A DNA stretch of 64,000 bases from Octopus sinensis (taxonomy: Eukaryota): contig NC_043003.1 of NCBI RefSeq assembly GCF_006345805.1, forward strand, positions 101,494,001 to 101,558,000. The letters run 5' to 3'. Numbering within the stretch: the stretch's first letter is position 1; every line of letters starts with the position of its first letter. Both the position numbers and the translations under genes were made by a program. Below are positions 12,440-24,010 of the stretch, one piece after another. The notes below the pieces were generated by a model. That model saw only the letters and a list, made by a program, of their open reading frames with translations, ran no database searches and was not told the origin of the DNA.

Positions 12440-13989
12440 CTGAAAAATAAATAATTATAACCTAAGATGATTATTAAAGCACTTTATCAATTTCAGGGAG
12501 GATATTTTTTTTTTATTCTTTATGGTTTAATATAAGAGGAAAAAAAAAGGAACATAATCATGAAGGTGAAAAAAGGTTAAACAGAATAGTTTTGTGATGT
12601 AAATAGTATCTTGATGCAATTCAAAGTTTATAGATACATGGAAGATGCTTTGTGATATTTAATTCTCTTCAGAGTTGAAATCCTGCTAGGGTCAACTTCG
12701 CTTTTGAAATTAATAAACTAAGTTGATTAAATCAATTGTATTCTCCTCCAACATTTGTGGCCTTGTACCTATATTAAGAGATTAATTTTATTCTCCATAG
12801 TTTAATGTCCACATTTCCATGCTTGCTTGGGTCAGACAAGTTGTTGAGACAGGTTTTTTATAGCTTGATGCCCTTCCTGTTGCCAACTCTCACTTGGAAA
12901 ACAGGAAACAATATCGTGTGTATGATGCTGATGCTCATTTGCAATCACCACATCAAGGGAATATACATGCACAACACACACATTTATATAAAACAGGCTT
13001 CTTTCGGTTTTCATCTACTAAATCCACTCATGAGGATTTGGGCAGCCTAGGGCTATAGTAGAAGACATTTGCCCATGTTGCTGTGCAGTGAGACTGAACC
13101 TGAAACCACATGGTTGGAAAACAAGCTTCATAGCCACATCTGCATCTAAATATTTGACAGTATTTAATGATATCCCTTTGAGTTCAGATCTTGTAGGTGT
13201 CCTCACCTTCCTTCAGGGCCAATGAAATAAGTACCAAACACTCAATTTGTTTCTTACCCTCAAAATTGTGGCTTTGAGCCAAAATGAATTATTTATGTTG
13301 TTTCCTTTCTAAATACTGAAGTCAATATAATTGATAATACACTACTAAACTTGTAGTCATCTATCTATCTAAAAAATCATTTGTCTCTTAGATTATATAC
13401 AAGCATTTACCTCAGATGAGATCATTCTTATGATCTCACTGAGCAAAGATTATCCCAAGCTTCCAGGTGCTAAGCTAATGTGAGGTTGATCTTCAGTATA
13501 TGATGTTCATCTTTCAAACAATACAGGTGGAATTGAACTTAGCTTTGAATCCCTGACCAGCTTGTCTTTTCTGAAGATCATTAGATTTCACCTGTACTTG
13601 AGAAAGGAATAAAAATCAAAACTTCATCCCATTCCTCATGCCATATAGAAAACAGCTATAGGATAGACTTTAGGTAGGATAGGGATGTAGAAATCTAAAT
13701 CCCTATGGAGTGCTTTATATACATTTGGAGAAGAAAGGAATTTAATACAGGGTGGGAAATTTCATAAAATTCACCAATTGAAGCTTGATTACTGTACCTT
13801 TCCCTATACCGTTTTCAGTTATACCAACGGGGAAGGGGGTGAGAAATCTCTCCCCCACCTCTCCCAAGCATCCCCCTTAATCTTCCTATTACTCACCCTC
13901 CATAAAGGTCTAACGGTTGTACATGTACATATTAGACAGTGGAAAGGGTTAGAGGCGATGTCATGCACCCTACACGAGCCAAGCTAATA

Positions 13990-14408
13990 TGTTATTACCA
14001 AAAACATTAAAATTTTACCAACTTGATTACTCCGTCACTAAACCAGGATTTTATATGGAGAATTGCAACAGCAACACAAGCTACCCTGTGGTGATATGGT
14101 ACCAACTGTGAATGATCTCAAAATGCATGTGTTTCCAAACACTGCACAAAACTTTAGCTACAGTCAATGGCTCTGTGAGCGAGGCATCTTAGCTCCTTGT
14201 AATGATGCTGTCAACAAAATCAATTGGGATCTCTTGCCAGGACAAGAACAGTTTTTCAAATCCATCGACACTGTCATTGATCAGAACCAAGCTGTAGTTT
14301 TTCCAACTGAGTTCCTGAACTCTCTGCAGCCATCTGGGATGCCACTTCACAACTTAACACTTAAAATGGGGGCCCTAATCATGCTGCTCAGGAATCTGGA
14401 TCCACCTC
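13990..14408 (+). mobile_element. Helitron PIF1-like helicase fragment
   Basis: RGILAPCNDAVNKIN...FKSIDTV...FPTEFLNSLQPSGMPLHNLTLKMGALIMLLRNLDP, truncated where the adjacent mariner begins. Confidence 0.88.
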
Positions 14409-14409
14409 C

Positions 14410-15583
14410 TTACAACTATTTACAAGCTTTTTAATCCCATCAATGTAAAACTCTTTTGGTTTCAAAACAAAGAACTCTGAAATGTCAGTTTCGACCTCCT
14501 CCTAGCTTACGAAAGTTATGTCCCCCAAATGATTCTGTAAACTATGAAACAAATGGTAGTCTGAATGGAGCAAGATCAGGAGAATAAGGTGGATGAGGAA
14601 CTTTTTCCCAACCAAGCTCTTCGATCTTCTGTGTTGTGATCTTTGCAGTGTGGGGTCACACATTGTCCTGATGGAACATCACTCCTTTTCGAATCACTAA
14701 AGCGGGTCTTTTTTTCTTCAAAGCTTGGTTCAAACACTCTAATTGCTGACAGTAGACTTGAGCACTGATTGTTGCATTAGGTGATAAAAATTCAAAGTGA
14801 ATTACTCCTTTGCAATCCCACCAGACAGAGAGAAGAACCTTTTTTTCATTAAGTTCCCTTCTTGGTTGTGGTTGAGCTTTTTCCCTTTAATAAGCCACTG
14901 TTTACGACGTTTAACATTTCGATAGAAGATCCATTTTTCGTCACCAGTCACAAGTCTATACAAAAAGGGGGAAATGAGTTCGCAAGAAAGGAGTGAAGAG
15001 CAGATGTCAACTCAGGATTTGCAGTTGCTTTCGAACAATTCATGAGGCAGCCATTTTCCAAGTTTAGGAACCTTTCCCAGTTGCTGAAGATGACGATGAA
15101 CAGTTGTATGGTTTGAACTAAACTTTATTGCCTATTATTCAACTGATAATGCAGGATTTTCTTCAAGTAATGCCTCAAGGAGCTTATCATCAAACTCAAC
15201 TGGACGCAATGTTTGATCTTCATCTTGAAGGCTGAAATCTCCACTTCTGAATTTTGCAAACCATCTTCTGCAAGTTCTTTCATTCAAGCATTCTTTCCCA
15301 TAAACTGAGTGTATGTTTCGAGTAGCTTGGGCTGCAGAGTTTCCTTTTTTGTACTCATAAAGCATTATGTTCCTTAAATTCTCTTTGATTAAAGCCCTTT
15401 CTAACATGGAAGTATCCAAAGAAATTTTAATTCTGTTATTCTGTAAAATAATATTTAATTAGTTTAAATGTACACAAATGCATAAAAATAATTTTTAATT
15501 CCATTAAGACATTCTAAAATACTATTAAATTTCATTCAATTTTAAAAAGGATAAAATCGGACAGAACTTATGGGATGACCTGA
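14410..15583 (-). mobile_element. Decayed mariner (DD34D) transposon, one TIR retained
   Basis: HTH ORF 15135-15419 (RRWFAKFRSGDFSLQD), TGDEKWIFY and PHPPYSPDLA. TIR TCAGGTCATCCCATAAGTTCTGTCC at the right end, followed by a TA tract. Confidence 0.92.
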
Positions 15584-15611
15584 TATATATATGTGTGTGT
15601 GTGTGTATATA

Positions 15612-17100
15612 TAGTGAGAATTTACAAAAAAAAATAAGATGAAGACAGGTGTGTAAATAACAAACAGATGTATTAGTTTAACGTTCGGGAAACGATATAT
15701 ATATATATGTATGTGTGTGTGTATATATATAATAAAATATTAGGGAATAAATCCAAACTTACAGGGAAAAATCAGATTTTATAGTAAAATATTATATTAT
15801 ATTAAATTAGAGATAAAACCACTATTAGGCAAATCAAACAATGAAAAACTTAAGCCAATACATAAAATTAATTAATTTATATTATTTTAAATATATATCA
15901 AAATTATTAAAAGTTTAATAAAAGATAATGAGTAAAACACTACGATCGTTTCATGGCTGTCCAATTCGTAATAATTCGAGTTATGGTTACAGTCAATCTT
16001 CAGGTGATTAAAATATTTATCTTAGCGAGGTTTTGCCCCTACAACTGAGGGAGAATAGAAGAGTAGGTGATGATTCTTGGGGAAATGAGAGGAAAGCTAA
16101 ACTGAATCCTGTAGTGATACAAACACCTACCTCTGAAGTGATTGCCTGGTACCTTATTAAATTAACAAACCACCCTCTTGCTGGAAGAAAAAGAAATTAA
16201 AAAAAGTTATAAAACCTTTTTGAAGTCCTTGGTAGGAGAGTTCCAGATCATGTTCAATTTGTAGTTTAAACATCAGTGCAGAATTGCCATCTAGATAAAG
16301 AAAAGTAAACCAATTACTACAAATACAGTTAGAGGATTAGAAAGAGCAAATAAACCAGAGGCCAAGTAAAAAGGGGGTTTAACCACAACAAATGCAGTTA
16401 GGAGATTAGCGGGCAAGTAAAAAAAATAGGGGTTGAACATGCACAAAAAAAATACAAATGCAACACTGAAGATACTAAGATACACAACAGTAATGAAGAA
16501 AGAAGATCATTGAAAATACCTCGGTCAGATATTTACTATGTTGGATGTAAAAGAAGAGTTGGGAACAAGGATAATGGTGGAATAAAATTATTTCAGAAGA
16601 GACAGAAATATATTTTATGACAAATAAAAAAATTACCCATCATCAAAAAGTAAAGTGTTCAACCAATGTTGGTCAGCACTAGTCGTTTATTGGAGCAGAA
16701 GATGGAAGAAAGGATGGAAAAGAAAATCAGAACAATGCAATATACCATGAGGGTAAGTTTTTACTTTTACACCCATCTTGTGAGATGGATGTAAATTCTA
16801 ATCAGAAGGCTTTCAATCACTCATAGAGAAAGAAAAGGTAAGGAACTGAATGATGTTTTCTTCTGCGAAAGAAATTTTTGTCTTCAAAATTTAAGCTTTT
16901 AGATTCTTGCACCACCAATTCCATGCCTGTTACCAGTAAATTTTTACCATTACACTAGTCGCACGAGACATAATGGGAAAAATTTACCAAAAGAAGAATG
17001 AAAAGAATCATGGAATAGATTCTTCAAGGGGGATTGAGGAGTATGTAAACAGAAAAATCGACAGAAGGATAACATTGAAGAATACATAAAGGTAATAAGG
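15612..17100 (-). mobile_element. Penelope-like terminal/non-autonomous sequence in the ANAPC16 intron
   Basis: Begins in TA/TG microsatellite and contains a minimal hammerhead with a palindromic stem III. No intact ORF. Boundaries are approximate. Confidence 0.45.
15935..16009 (-). ncRNA. Minimal type I hammerhead ribozyme motif with palindromic stem III and extended stem II
   Basis: Minus strand: AAUCAC-CUGAAGA-UUGACUGU...(28 nt)...ACAGCCAU-GAAA-CGAUCG-UA-GUGUUU. Core CUGANGA/GAAA, GUA triplet, self-complementary CGAUCG. Confidence 0.7.
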
Positions 17101-17108
17101 GGAAATAA

Positions 17109-18059
17109 GAGGGTGGACTGAAAAGTTCATAGGCTAGAGCTGCGAAATCTTTCATGCATTAATTTCAACTCTTCTTAATAACTGCATTGCTTCTTTCCAG
17201 GTAAACTGACATCTAACTGTTCAAAGAACACCTCAAAAGTAACATCATGGTGTTATCAAGAACCTGCAGAGAAAGTGCTTAGTCCTCAAGGACGTTCATG
17301 CTGACATGGTTGCTACATTAAAGGATGATGCTCCAGCTATATCAGTTATGCAAAAGTGAGCATCTGAATTTAGGAGGGAAACAGAGTCATGAAGATGACC
17401 CAAGGTCTGGACATCTTGTAACTGTCACCAAGGAAAACATCCATGATCACATCATGAGAAAATTGACATTGTTTGAGGCAAATCCAGATGGTTTCCTTGA
17501 ACATTCTCCAATCCAGGATGAGATTTTGTTTCATCACTTTGAGCCAGAGACAATCCACAGTGGAAACACCTGCTTCAAAGAAGGCCCCAGTTTTTTGAGA
17601 TACAAAAGGCATTGTGTTTATTGACTATCCTCAAAGGGGCCACACCATTGATGGAAAATACTATGCCAACCAAATGTCCAGGAAAAGTGACAAAAGGGGT
17701 CCTGTTTCATCAGGACAACATTCCAGAACACAAGTCCTTGCTTTCAATAGTTGCTGTAGCTTTGAATTGGCTGATCACCCTCCCTATTCTCCTGATTTGA
17801 CCCCATCTGACTATCATTTGTTCCCCAACATGAAAAAACACTTGGCTGGGAACAAATATCACAGTAATAATATTATATCTGCTGTTGATAACGTTTTTCA
17901 ACAACAAGATGAAAGCTCCTTCACCAATGGGATCCAAGCACTACAACACCAATGGAAGAAGTGTGTAGACCACAAGGGAGACTATGTTGAAAATAAACCT
18001 CATTTGATCACATTTTATGACAGGATCCTGGTCAGCCTATGAACTTTCAGCCAACCCTC
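17109..18059 (+). mobile_element. Internally deleted mariner (DD34D) with both TIRs
   Basis: TIRs GAGGGTGGACTGAAAAGTTCATAGGCT / AGCCTATGAACTTTCAGCCAACCCTC. Motifs DDPRSG, LFHQDN, HPPYSPDLTPSDYHLFPNMKK and WKKCVDHKGDYVE. Confidence 0.93.
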
Positions 18060-19793
18060 ATCCAAGACTGATTTGAACTACAAGGGCAACGAACAGGAAA
18101 AAGGCTGAAGAGGGATATGTCCAGCAGGGTGTAGCGGGATGTGTAGCGAAATGTGTTGTTGATGAATCAATGTAAGTTGTTGGGTGTAGCAGATTATGTT
18201 AGGTGTGTTTGACCAGCATTTAAGGAAAACAAAAATGAAGAATAGGAATAGTTTTCATTATTTATTTGGTCACAGTTGTATTTACTTGTTGAATACTTAA
18301 AACAAATATGCCGTTACATAAAACGGCCAACTACTTTGAGTTGGCAAAGTAAAAATGGAAGAAAGAGAATGCTGATGGGACGAGATAGTACAAAACATGT
18401 TTTGTGTGTGTATATGTTGGTCATTTGGCGGTGTTGTGCTGGTTTTCTATCTCATTTGCAACTGCTAACTGCTGTGTGTCACTGGCTAATTGCTGGCTGG
18501 TCACTGTTTGCCAGTTGCTGGTTAACTGGCATGTGTCTACGGGATCCGTATTTATAATGGCCACTTCAAGCTAGATGGAGGGATATACCATCTGAACTTT
18601 CAAATCCCAACCAGGAAAATAAAATGTAGCTTCCACACTAATCCCCCTCAGCCAGCAGAGGACTGCTATATCCTGAAAGAAAACTAAATAGATTGATTTC
18701 TAAAAGTATATAGTAGTTCCTATTTCTCTGCCAATAGATACCATTGGAATTATTGAAGGTGACACAACTAAAAGTGATCTTAAAGATATATTGGGTATGC
18801 TTCTTATATTCTTTGAAACTTTTGTTATTTTCAAAATTGTTGTGTAACTAAAGTGGAGTGATCAATGGTTAAAACCAATGGAAATTGCATAAACTTTTCA
18901 GCAATGCCATGACATCCCAAAATAATTCAAGAAATATTTCCAAAAGAGCTAAGCTCCAAACTGTATTAAAATTCTGAATGAGAAGCGAGTTTTTTCTCAA
19001 CACAAGATTCCATCAGAAGGAAGTGAAACACACAGAATGGATATCCTGCCTGCAGCAGATATGAATTTATAAGAGTTTGTTAGCCCAAAACCTTACCTAC
19101 AGAGATGTTTTAGTATATTACTCAACCTTTAACACAGTAAACTTATAAGTTCAATAATTCAATAAAAACTGCGTTTACAGAGGTTTTGTTAAGTAGAGGA
19201 TTCATACCATTGTTCATTTCAGGCAAGAAAAACCGGTAAACCTTACCAACCTGCTAAGACCATAAACATGGTGCCAACTTAAAATGGATGTGTGTGTAAC
19301 AAACTTCAATACTGCCTAACTTGAAGCCACTATACAATGCCATGTTATATGGAATTCAAAACATATTTGCGACATGGTGCAATGATGGTCAATATATAGA
19401 TCTTCACCCGGGAACAAAAAAAAAATTAACCAACCTGGGGGGGGGGGGGGGGGGCAAGTATGTGGAAAAGGAATATGAAAAAAAATGTGTGCTGACGACC
19501 TTGGGGATGGGGAGGGGACTTTCGGAAAATTCACAAGATCCGATTTTTTCCATCATAACTTCTGGTAAAATGGATATATATTGATCTTTTTTACGGAATC
19601 CCACGTTTCTGGTTATGGAGGATCCGATTCTAAAAAAAACTTTTCAAAATTTCAATTACTCTTTCCCCTCCCACTCCTTATTTTTCACTTTTCCCAGAAA
19701 TTTTTTTTTTTCTTTTGTGAAATACGTAGAAAAATACGAAGATTACGATTCTGAAAAAATAGATATGTAAAATTTAAATTTTTCAAAAAGAAT

Positions 19794-20875
19794 ATATCTT
19801 ATCTTATCTTATTTAGTTTCAGCTCACGAGCTGTGGCCATGCTGGGGCACCGCCATTCGGTGTTGCTACATGATTTTACTTCATGAATGCTTTTTAGCAA
19901 TTGACATTTGGTGCATGAGAGAGTTTGATGCAGCTGCCCTCATCTGCACCTCCTGCCACCAAGTTGGTTCATCTGGGACACCTGACAGGAAGAGGTCCAG
20001 TTTTATTTTGAAGACATCTGCATCCACCCCATGCAGGTCTTTCAGGTCCTTTGGGAGGATATTGAAGAGCTGTGGACCTCTGAAGCCCAGGCTATTGCAG
20101 TATCTTGTCCTACATCTTGATGGCAAATTTGGAGTCCTTGGCACTATGCAGTGGCGCCCAGCTCTAGTATTTGTGTATCTCTCGATGCCAAAGTTTGGAA
20201 CAAGTCCTTCCAGGATCTTCCAGATGTATATTATGGCATATCTGTCTTGCCTACACTCTAAGGAATAGAGTCTTAATCTCTTGAGTCTTTCCCAATAGCT
20301 TATATGCTGCATAGAGGCTATCTTCTTCGTGTAGCTTCGTTGGATTGCCTGAAGTTCTGAGATTAATTTGACACTGGTTGGTGACCATAGCTGAGAGCAA
20401 TAGTCAAAATGGCTTAGGACAAGTGTCCTCCAGAGGACCATCATGGTTTCCTGGAATCTTGTTCTAAAAGCTCTAAGAATCCATCCGGTCAGCCACCTAC
20501 ATTTCATTGCCAATTTAGCAACATGCACATGAAAGGTTGCATCATTACTCATGTAAATACCCAGGTCTCGCACTGATTGTGCCTCTGGGATTGCAATCCC
20601 TCCAGGTCCAGTGTATTTATTGGGTATTGCATTTAGTTTTGCATGCTGATAGTATAAAGCTTGAAACTTTTCAGCATTGAACTGCATGCTATTCTTTTCA
20701 GCCCACTTGTATATTTTGTCCAGCTCACATTGCAGGTGCATAGTGTCTTCAGGCTTCTGTATTACCTGTGAAATGTTTGTATCATCTGCATAGCTTGTGA
20801 TCGTGGCTCTCTGTGGGGCTGAGGGCATGTCTGAGAGGGCCATTATGAAAAGCAGTGGTCCCAAAACAGTGCCTT
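19794..20875 (-). mobile_element. 5'-truncated CR1/L2-group LINE (RT C-terminal half, 3' UTR and (ATAAG)n tail)
   Basis: ORF 19881-20864: GTVLGPLLF, SYADDT, RDLGI, SHFDYCSQLWSP, YWERLKRLRLYSLE. The 3' end reads GGCGGTGCCCCAGCATGGCCACAGC...TGAAACTAA(ATAAG)n. Confidence 0.93.
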
Positions 20876-21112
20876 ATTTATTAGAAAAAAATAAGGTACT
20901 CAGAAATATGGATGGTTGTACATTTATAGATTTTTCTTAATATGTCACATATTTTTATAAATCATAAATTAGTGCTTCCATCTACTCTAGTAGAATCTCC
21001 AGATTTGAATTTTGTTTGAGAGGATTCGTCTCTTTTTATAGTATTATTGAGTGTGTAGGGGTGGGGGGAGATATAGGATAGTAAAAGAGGGTAAGGAATG
21101 GGGAGAAAGTGA

Positions 21113-21490
21113 GAGAGAGTGTGTGTCTGTGTATCTGAAAGGAGTGTCAATGGAAAAGAGAAGGAAAGAAAGAAGGAAGAAATGTGTTTACATCTATACA
21201 GCTGGTCAGTTCTTTCAATAGAAAGTGATGAGTTGATTCTTGGCCTTTAAAAATGGCAAAACCAGGTTGCTACTCTAAAGGGGATGTCTTGATAAAATTT
21301 ATTTTTCAAAAAATTTGTCTGGATTTATTATCATCATTATCCAGTGAGAGAGAGTGTGTGTATTTGTGTGTGTGTGTGTGTGTGTGTGTGCATGTGCATC
21401 TGAGAGGAGTGTCAATGGAAAAGAGAAGGAAAGAAAGAAGAAAAAAATTGTGTTTACATCTATACAGCTGTTCAGTTCTTTCAATAGAAA
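21113..21490. repeat. Local direct duplication (~110-bp units at 21113-21223 and ~21346-21490)
   Basis: GGAGTGTCAATGGAAAAGAGAAGGAAAGAAAGAAG...TGTGTTTACATCTATACAGCTG..CAGTTCTTTCAATAGAAA occurs twice. Confidence 0.85.
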
Positions 21491-21694
21491 ATGACAAGTT
21501 GGTTAATAAAAGTTATTTTTCAACCAAGTTGTTAGCAATATAACCCTTTCATACACAAGTCTCTGGTAAGTGTCTATTACTAATGCCAATAAAAGTATTC
21601 ATTATTTTAAAACCAACAACTGTTGTACTAACTACTCCATAAACCACGGCAGTTAACCGCAATGTGTAGAGATTACAAAGGAGCTACTTTAGAA

Positions 21695-21802
21695 ATGCAC
21701 CTAGCAGTTCAGCAAAAGAGGCCGATTTGCTCAACTATAAAGGCGGTGCTCTAGCATGGCCGCAGTCAAATGACTGAAACAAGTAAAAGAGAGTAAAAGA
21801 GT
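21695..21802 (+). mobile_element. SINE 3' part with tail GGCGGTGCTCYAGCATGGCCGCAGTCAAATGACTGAAACAAGTAAAAGA (other copies e.g. 25105-25290 minus, 50620-50815 plus)
   Basis: The same tail recurs in both orientations across the window. Confidence 0.8.
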
Positions 21803-22823
21803 ATCTTCCCTTTGAACGGCAGATCGAGAAATTAATTTTTTGTAACTAAACACTTTCAAACTTCGGACACTGGTAGAATGTGTCATATAAAACATCTTTT
21901 ACTCCTAGTGTTGTTGAGAAAAGTTTCTATTTTCAAAGTTATTTCGTGTTAAAGTTGTCATATTTCAGTAATTTCAACCAATCAATGACGTGTATTCAGC
22001 TGAATAAAATTACTGCTGTTGTTTGTCAGCAACAACTATCGGCGGTGTATATTTCGTTTGTCACTTTTATTTATGACAGCGTTCGTGCGTTTGTACTGGT
22101 TTTAGGGCTAGGGTTAAGACTGGGGTTTTAGGCTTAGAGTTACGGAAAAAAGTGAAAAATGAAGAAATTGAAGGGAGAGGGGGCAAAAAAGTCTTTCCGA
22201 AAATAGTAGCTGAAAAACAGGAAAAAAAAAAGACTAAAAGCAGTAGTTGTTTGTCAGCAACAACTATCGGCGGTGTATATTTCGTTTGTCACTTTTATTT
22301 ATGACAGCGTTCGTGCGTTTGTACTGGTTTTAGGGCTAGGGTTAAGACTGGGGTTTTAGGCTTAGAGTTACGGAAAAAAGTGAAAAATGAAGAAATTGAA
22401 GGGAGAGGGGGCAAAAAAGTCTTTCCGAAAATAGTAGCTGAAAAACAGGAAAAAAAAAAGACTAAAAGCAGTAGAAATGTACAAATGATTATGGTGGTGC
22501 CATGAAGTAAACATACTTCAGATACACTCGTTTATTCATACAAATGTAACTGAGACGAATTATGTCATAAATAACAGTGACAAACGAAATATACACTGAC
22601 GGAAGTTCTTGTTGACAAACAGCAGTAATTTTATTCAGCTGAATACGTCATTGATTGGTTGAAATTACCGAAACATGACAACTTTAACACGAAATAACTT
22701 TCAAAATAGAAAACGCTAAGAGTAAAAGATGTTTTATATGACACATTCTACCAGTGTCCGAAGTTTGAAAGTGTTTAGTTACAAAAAATTAATTTCTCGA
22801 TCTGCTGTTCAAAGGGAAAAGAT
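21803..22823. mobile_element. Foldback-type MITE with ~270-bp TIRs and an internal 228-bp tandem duplication
   Basis: TTCCCTTTGAACGGCAGATCGAGAAATTAATTTTTTGTAACTAAACACTTTCAAACTTCGGACACTGGTAGAATG... is mirrored at ~22560-22818. Duplicated units lie at 22018-22245 and 22246-22473. Confidence 0.93.
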
Positions 22824-22898
22824 CCTTTTTGGATTTTTTGGAAAAGATTAAAAAAAAGTTATGAAAATGGAAAATATATACAAAATAAATGATGTATG

Positions 22899-23457
22899 CA
22901 AAAAAAATTAGAAAGATTCATCCATCTTTAGATATTTTATACTAAAAAATAAAACAAACGGAAAACGGGCACTGGCGAATATAAACAAACATGTTGGCCG
23001 ATACAAGGAGCGGGATTTACTTTTAACCAGTCAGCTATTATTAATGATACTAGGAGCCCGACAACATCGTTTGCAAATTCTTGATTGCTTTTAATCAGAT
23101 TTTTTTTACTGTGCATTCTCGTTAGGGTTAGTTAATGGCTTTTTCTGTTGTTTCCAAATCTCTTCCGAGACCAAATAAAGTCATAGAATTAAAAAAATTC
23201 CTCGTTCGGGCACAAAATTTGACATAATAGTATGTATTGGTTATAAACTGAATTTCAAGAAACAGATTGTGAAACGGTCTTACAATTCGCAGACGATATT
23301 GTCGGGCCCCGCGTATCATTAATACCTGACTGGTAAAAGTAAATTAACGCCACTTGTAATCGTCTGACATGTTTATATTCGCGATTGCCCGTTTTCCGTT
23401 TGTGTTGTTTTTTAGTATAAAATATTTAAAAATGGATGAATTTTTCAAATTTTTTTT
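22899..23457. mobile_element. Older MITE with ~185-bp imperfect TIRs
   Basis: TTCATCCAT..ATATTTTATACTAAAAAA..ACAAACGGAAAACGGGCA..CCAGTCAG..TTAATGATAC..GCCCGACAA is mirrored at 23280-23457. Confidence 0.85.
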
Positions 23458-23576
23458 GGTACTACTTGAGAACGGTGTGCGCACTCGCGCCAGCTAGTCA
23501 TGACTAGTCGATCCTTAATTTGTGTTTTATTTACTTTGCTAGGTAGACGTTATAGGATCGACTACTTACGACTAGC
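23458..23576. mobile_element. Partial copy of the small palindromic element at 25429-25593
   Basis: GGTACTACTTGAGAAC...CGCGCCAGCTAGTCATGACTAGTCGATCCTTA..TTGTGTTTTATTTACTTTGCTAGGTAG.CGTT.TAGGATCGACTAC is shared by both loci. Confidence 0.85.
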
Positions 23577-23675
23577 TTACGAATTACAAATATTATAAAA
23601 TCGTTCCAATCGAATAAATCTTGATATTACGTGAGTTACAAATTATTTCAAGAAAAGGCGGAAAATACTACTTAC

Positions 23676-23748
23676 CAGACACTCTTTCACCTTCAACACT
23701 AGGCGACCTAAAGAGTTGTTTTCTTAATTCAAGAGGTACATTAGACAT
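23676..23748 (-). CDS. ANAPC16: Anaphase-promoting complex subunit 16, first coding exon (MSNVPLELRKQLFRSPSVEGERVS)
   Basis: ATG at 23748, G|gtaagt donor, 73 nt, phase 1. RKQLF matches the APC16 N-terminal RKALF motif. The phase is compatible with the last exon. Confidence 0.78.
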
Positions 23749-24010
23749 GTCGAAGTTATTTACTTAAATAACATTTAAAAAAAGTGAGGAAACAACATCA
23801 AGCGGATCTACACGAGATTAGCCCGCTGAAATCGTATAACGGAATACAAGAATGGAAGAATACACTTTCGGAATTATTCCGCTGTAATCGTATAACAGAA
23901 TAGAAGAATGCACTTTCGGAATTAGATATTAAAGGAATAGTCCATTCTTTAATTAGGTTGAGCCTCGTTTTGAAAACCTCTTTTCATTGAGAAAATCTCC
24001 GTTCGCCTTC
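23749..24010. promoter_or_regulatory. Bidirectional promoter region of ANAPC16 and EIF3L, with a tandem repeat (23823-23924) and a TCT/TOP-like motif CCTCTTTTC (23977-23985)
   Basis: 262 bp between divergent ATGs, CpG-enriched relative to the introns. The pyrimidine initiator fits YC+1TYTYY. Confidence 0.7.

Noticed and set aside
16131-16180. Strong minus-strand acceptor and donor as a possible ANAPC16 middle exon (ARGWFVNLIRYQAITSE)
   Set aside because: It ends in phase 0, so alone it shifts the frame, and it lies inside the Penelope-like sequence.
18589-18672. 84-nt phase-symmetric minus-strand exon candidate for ANAPC16
   Set aside because: It contains an in-frame TAG and looks repeat-derived.
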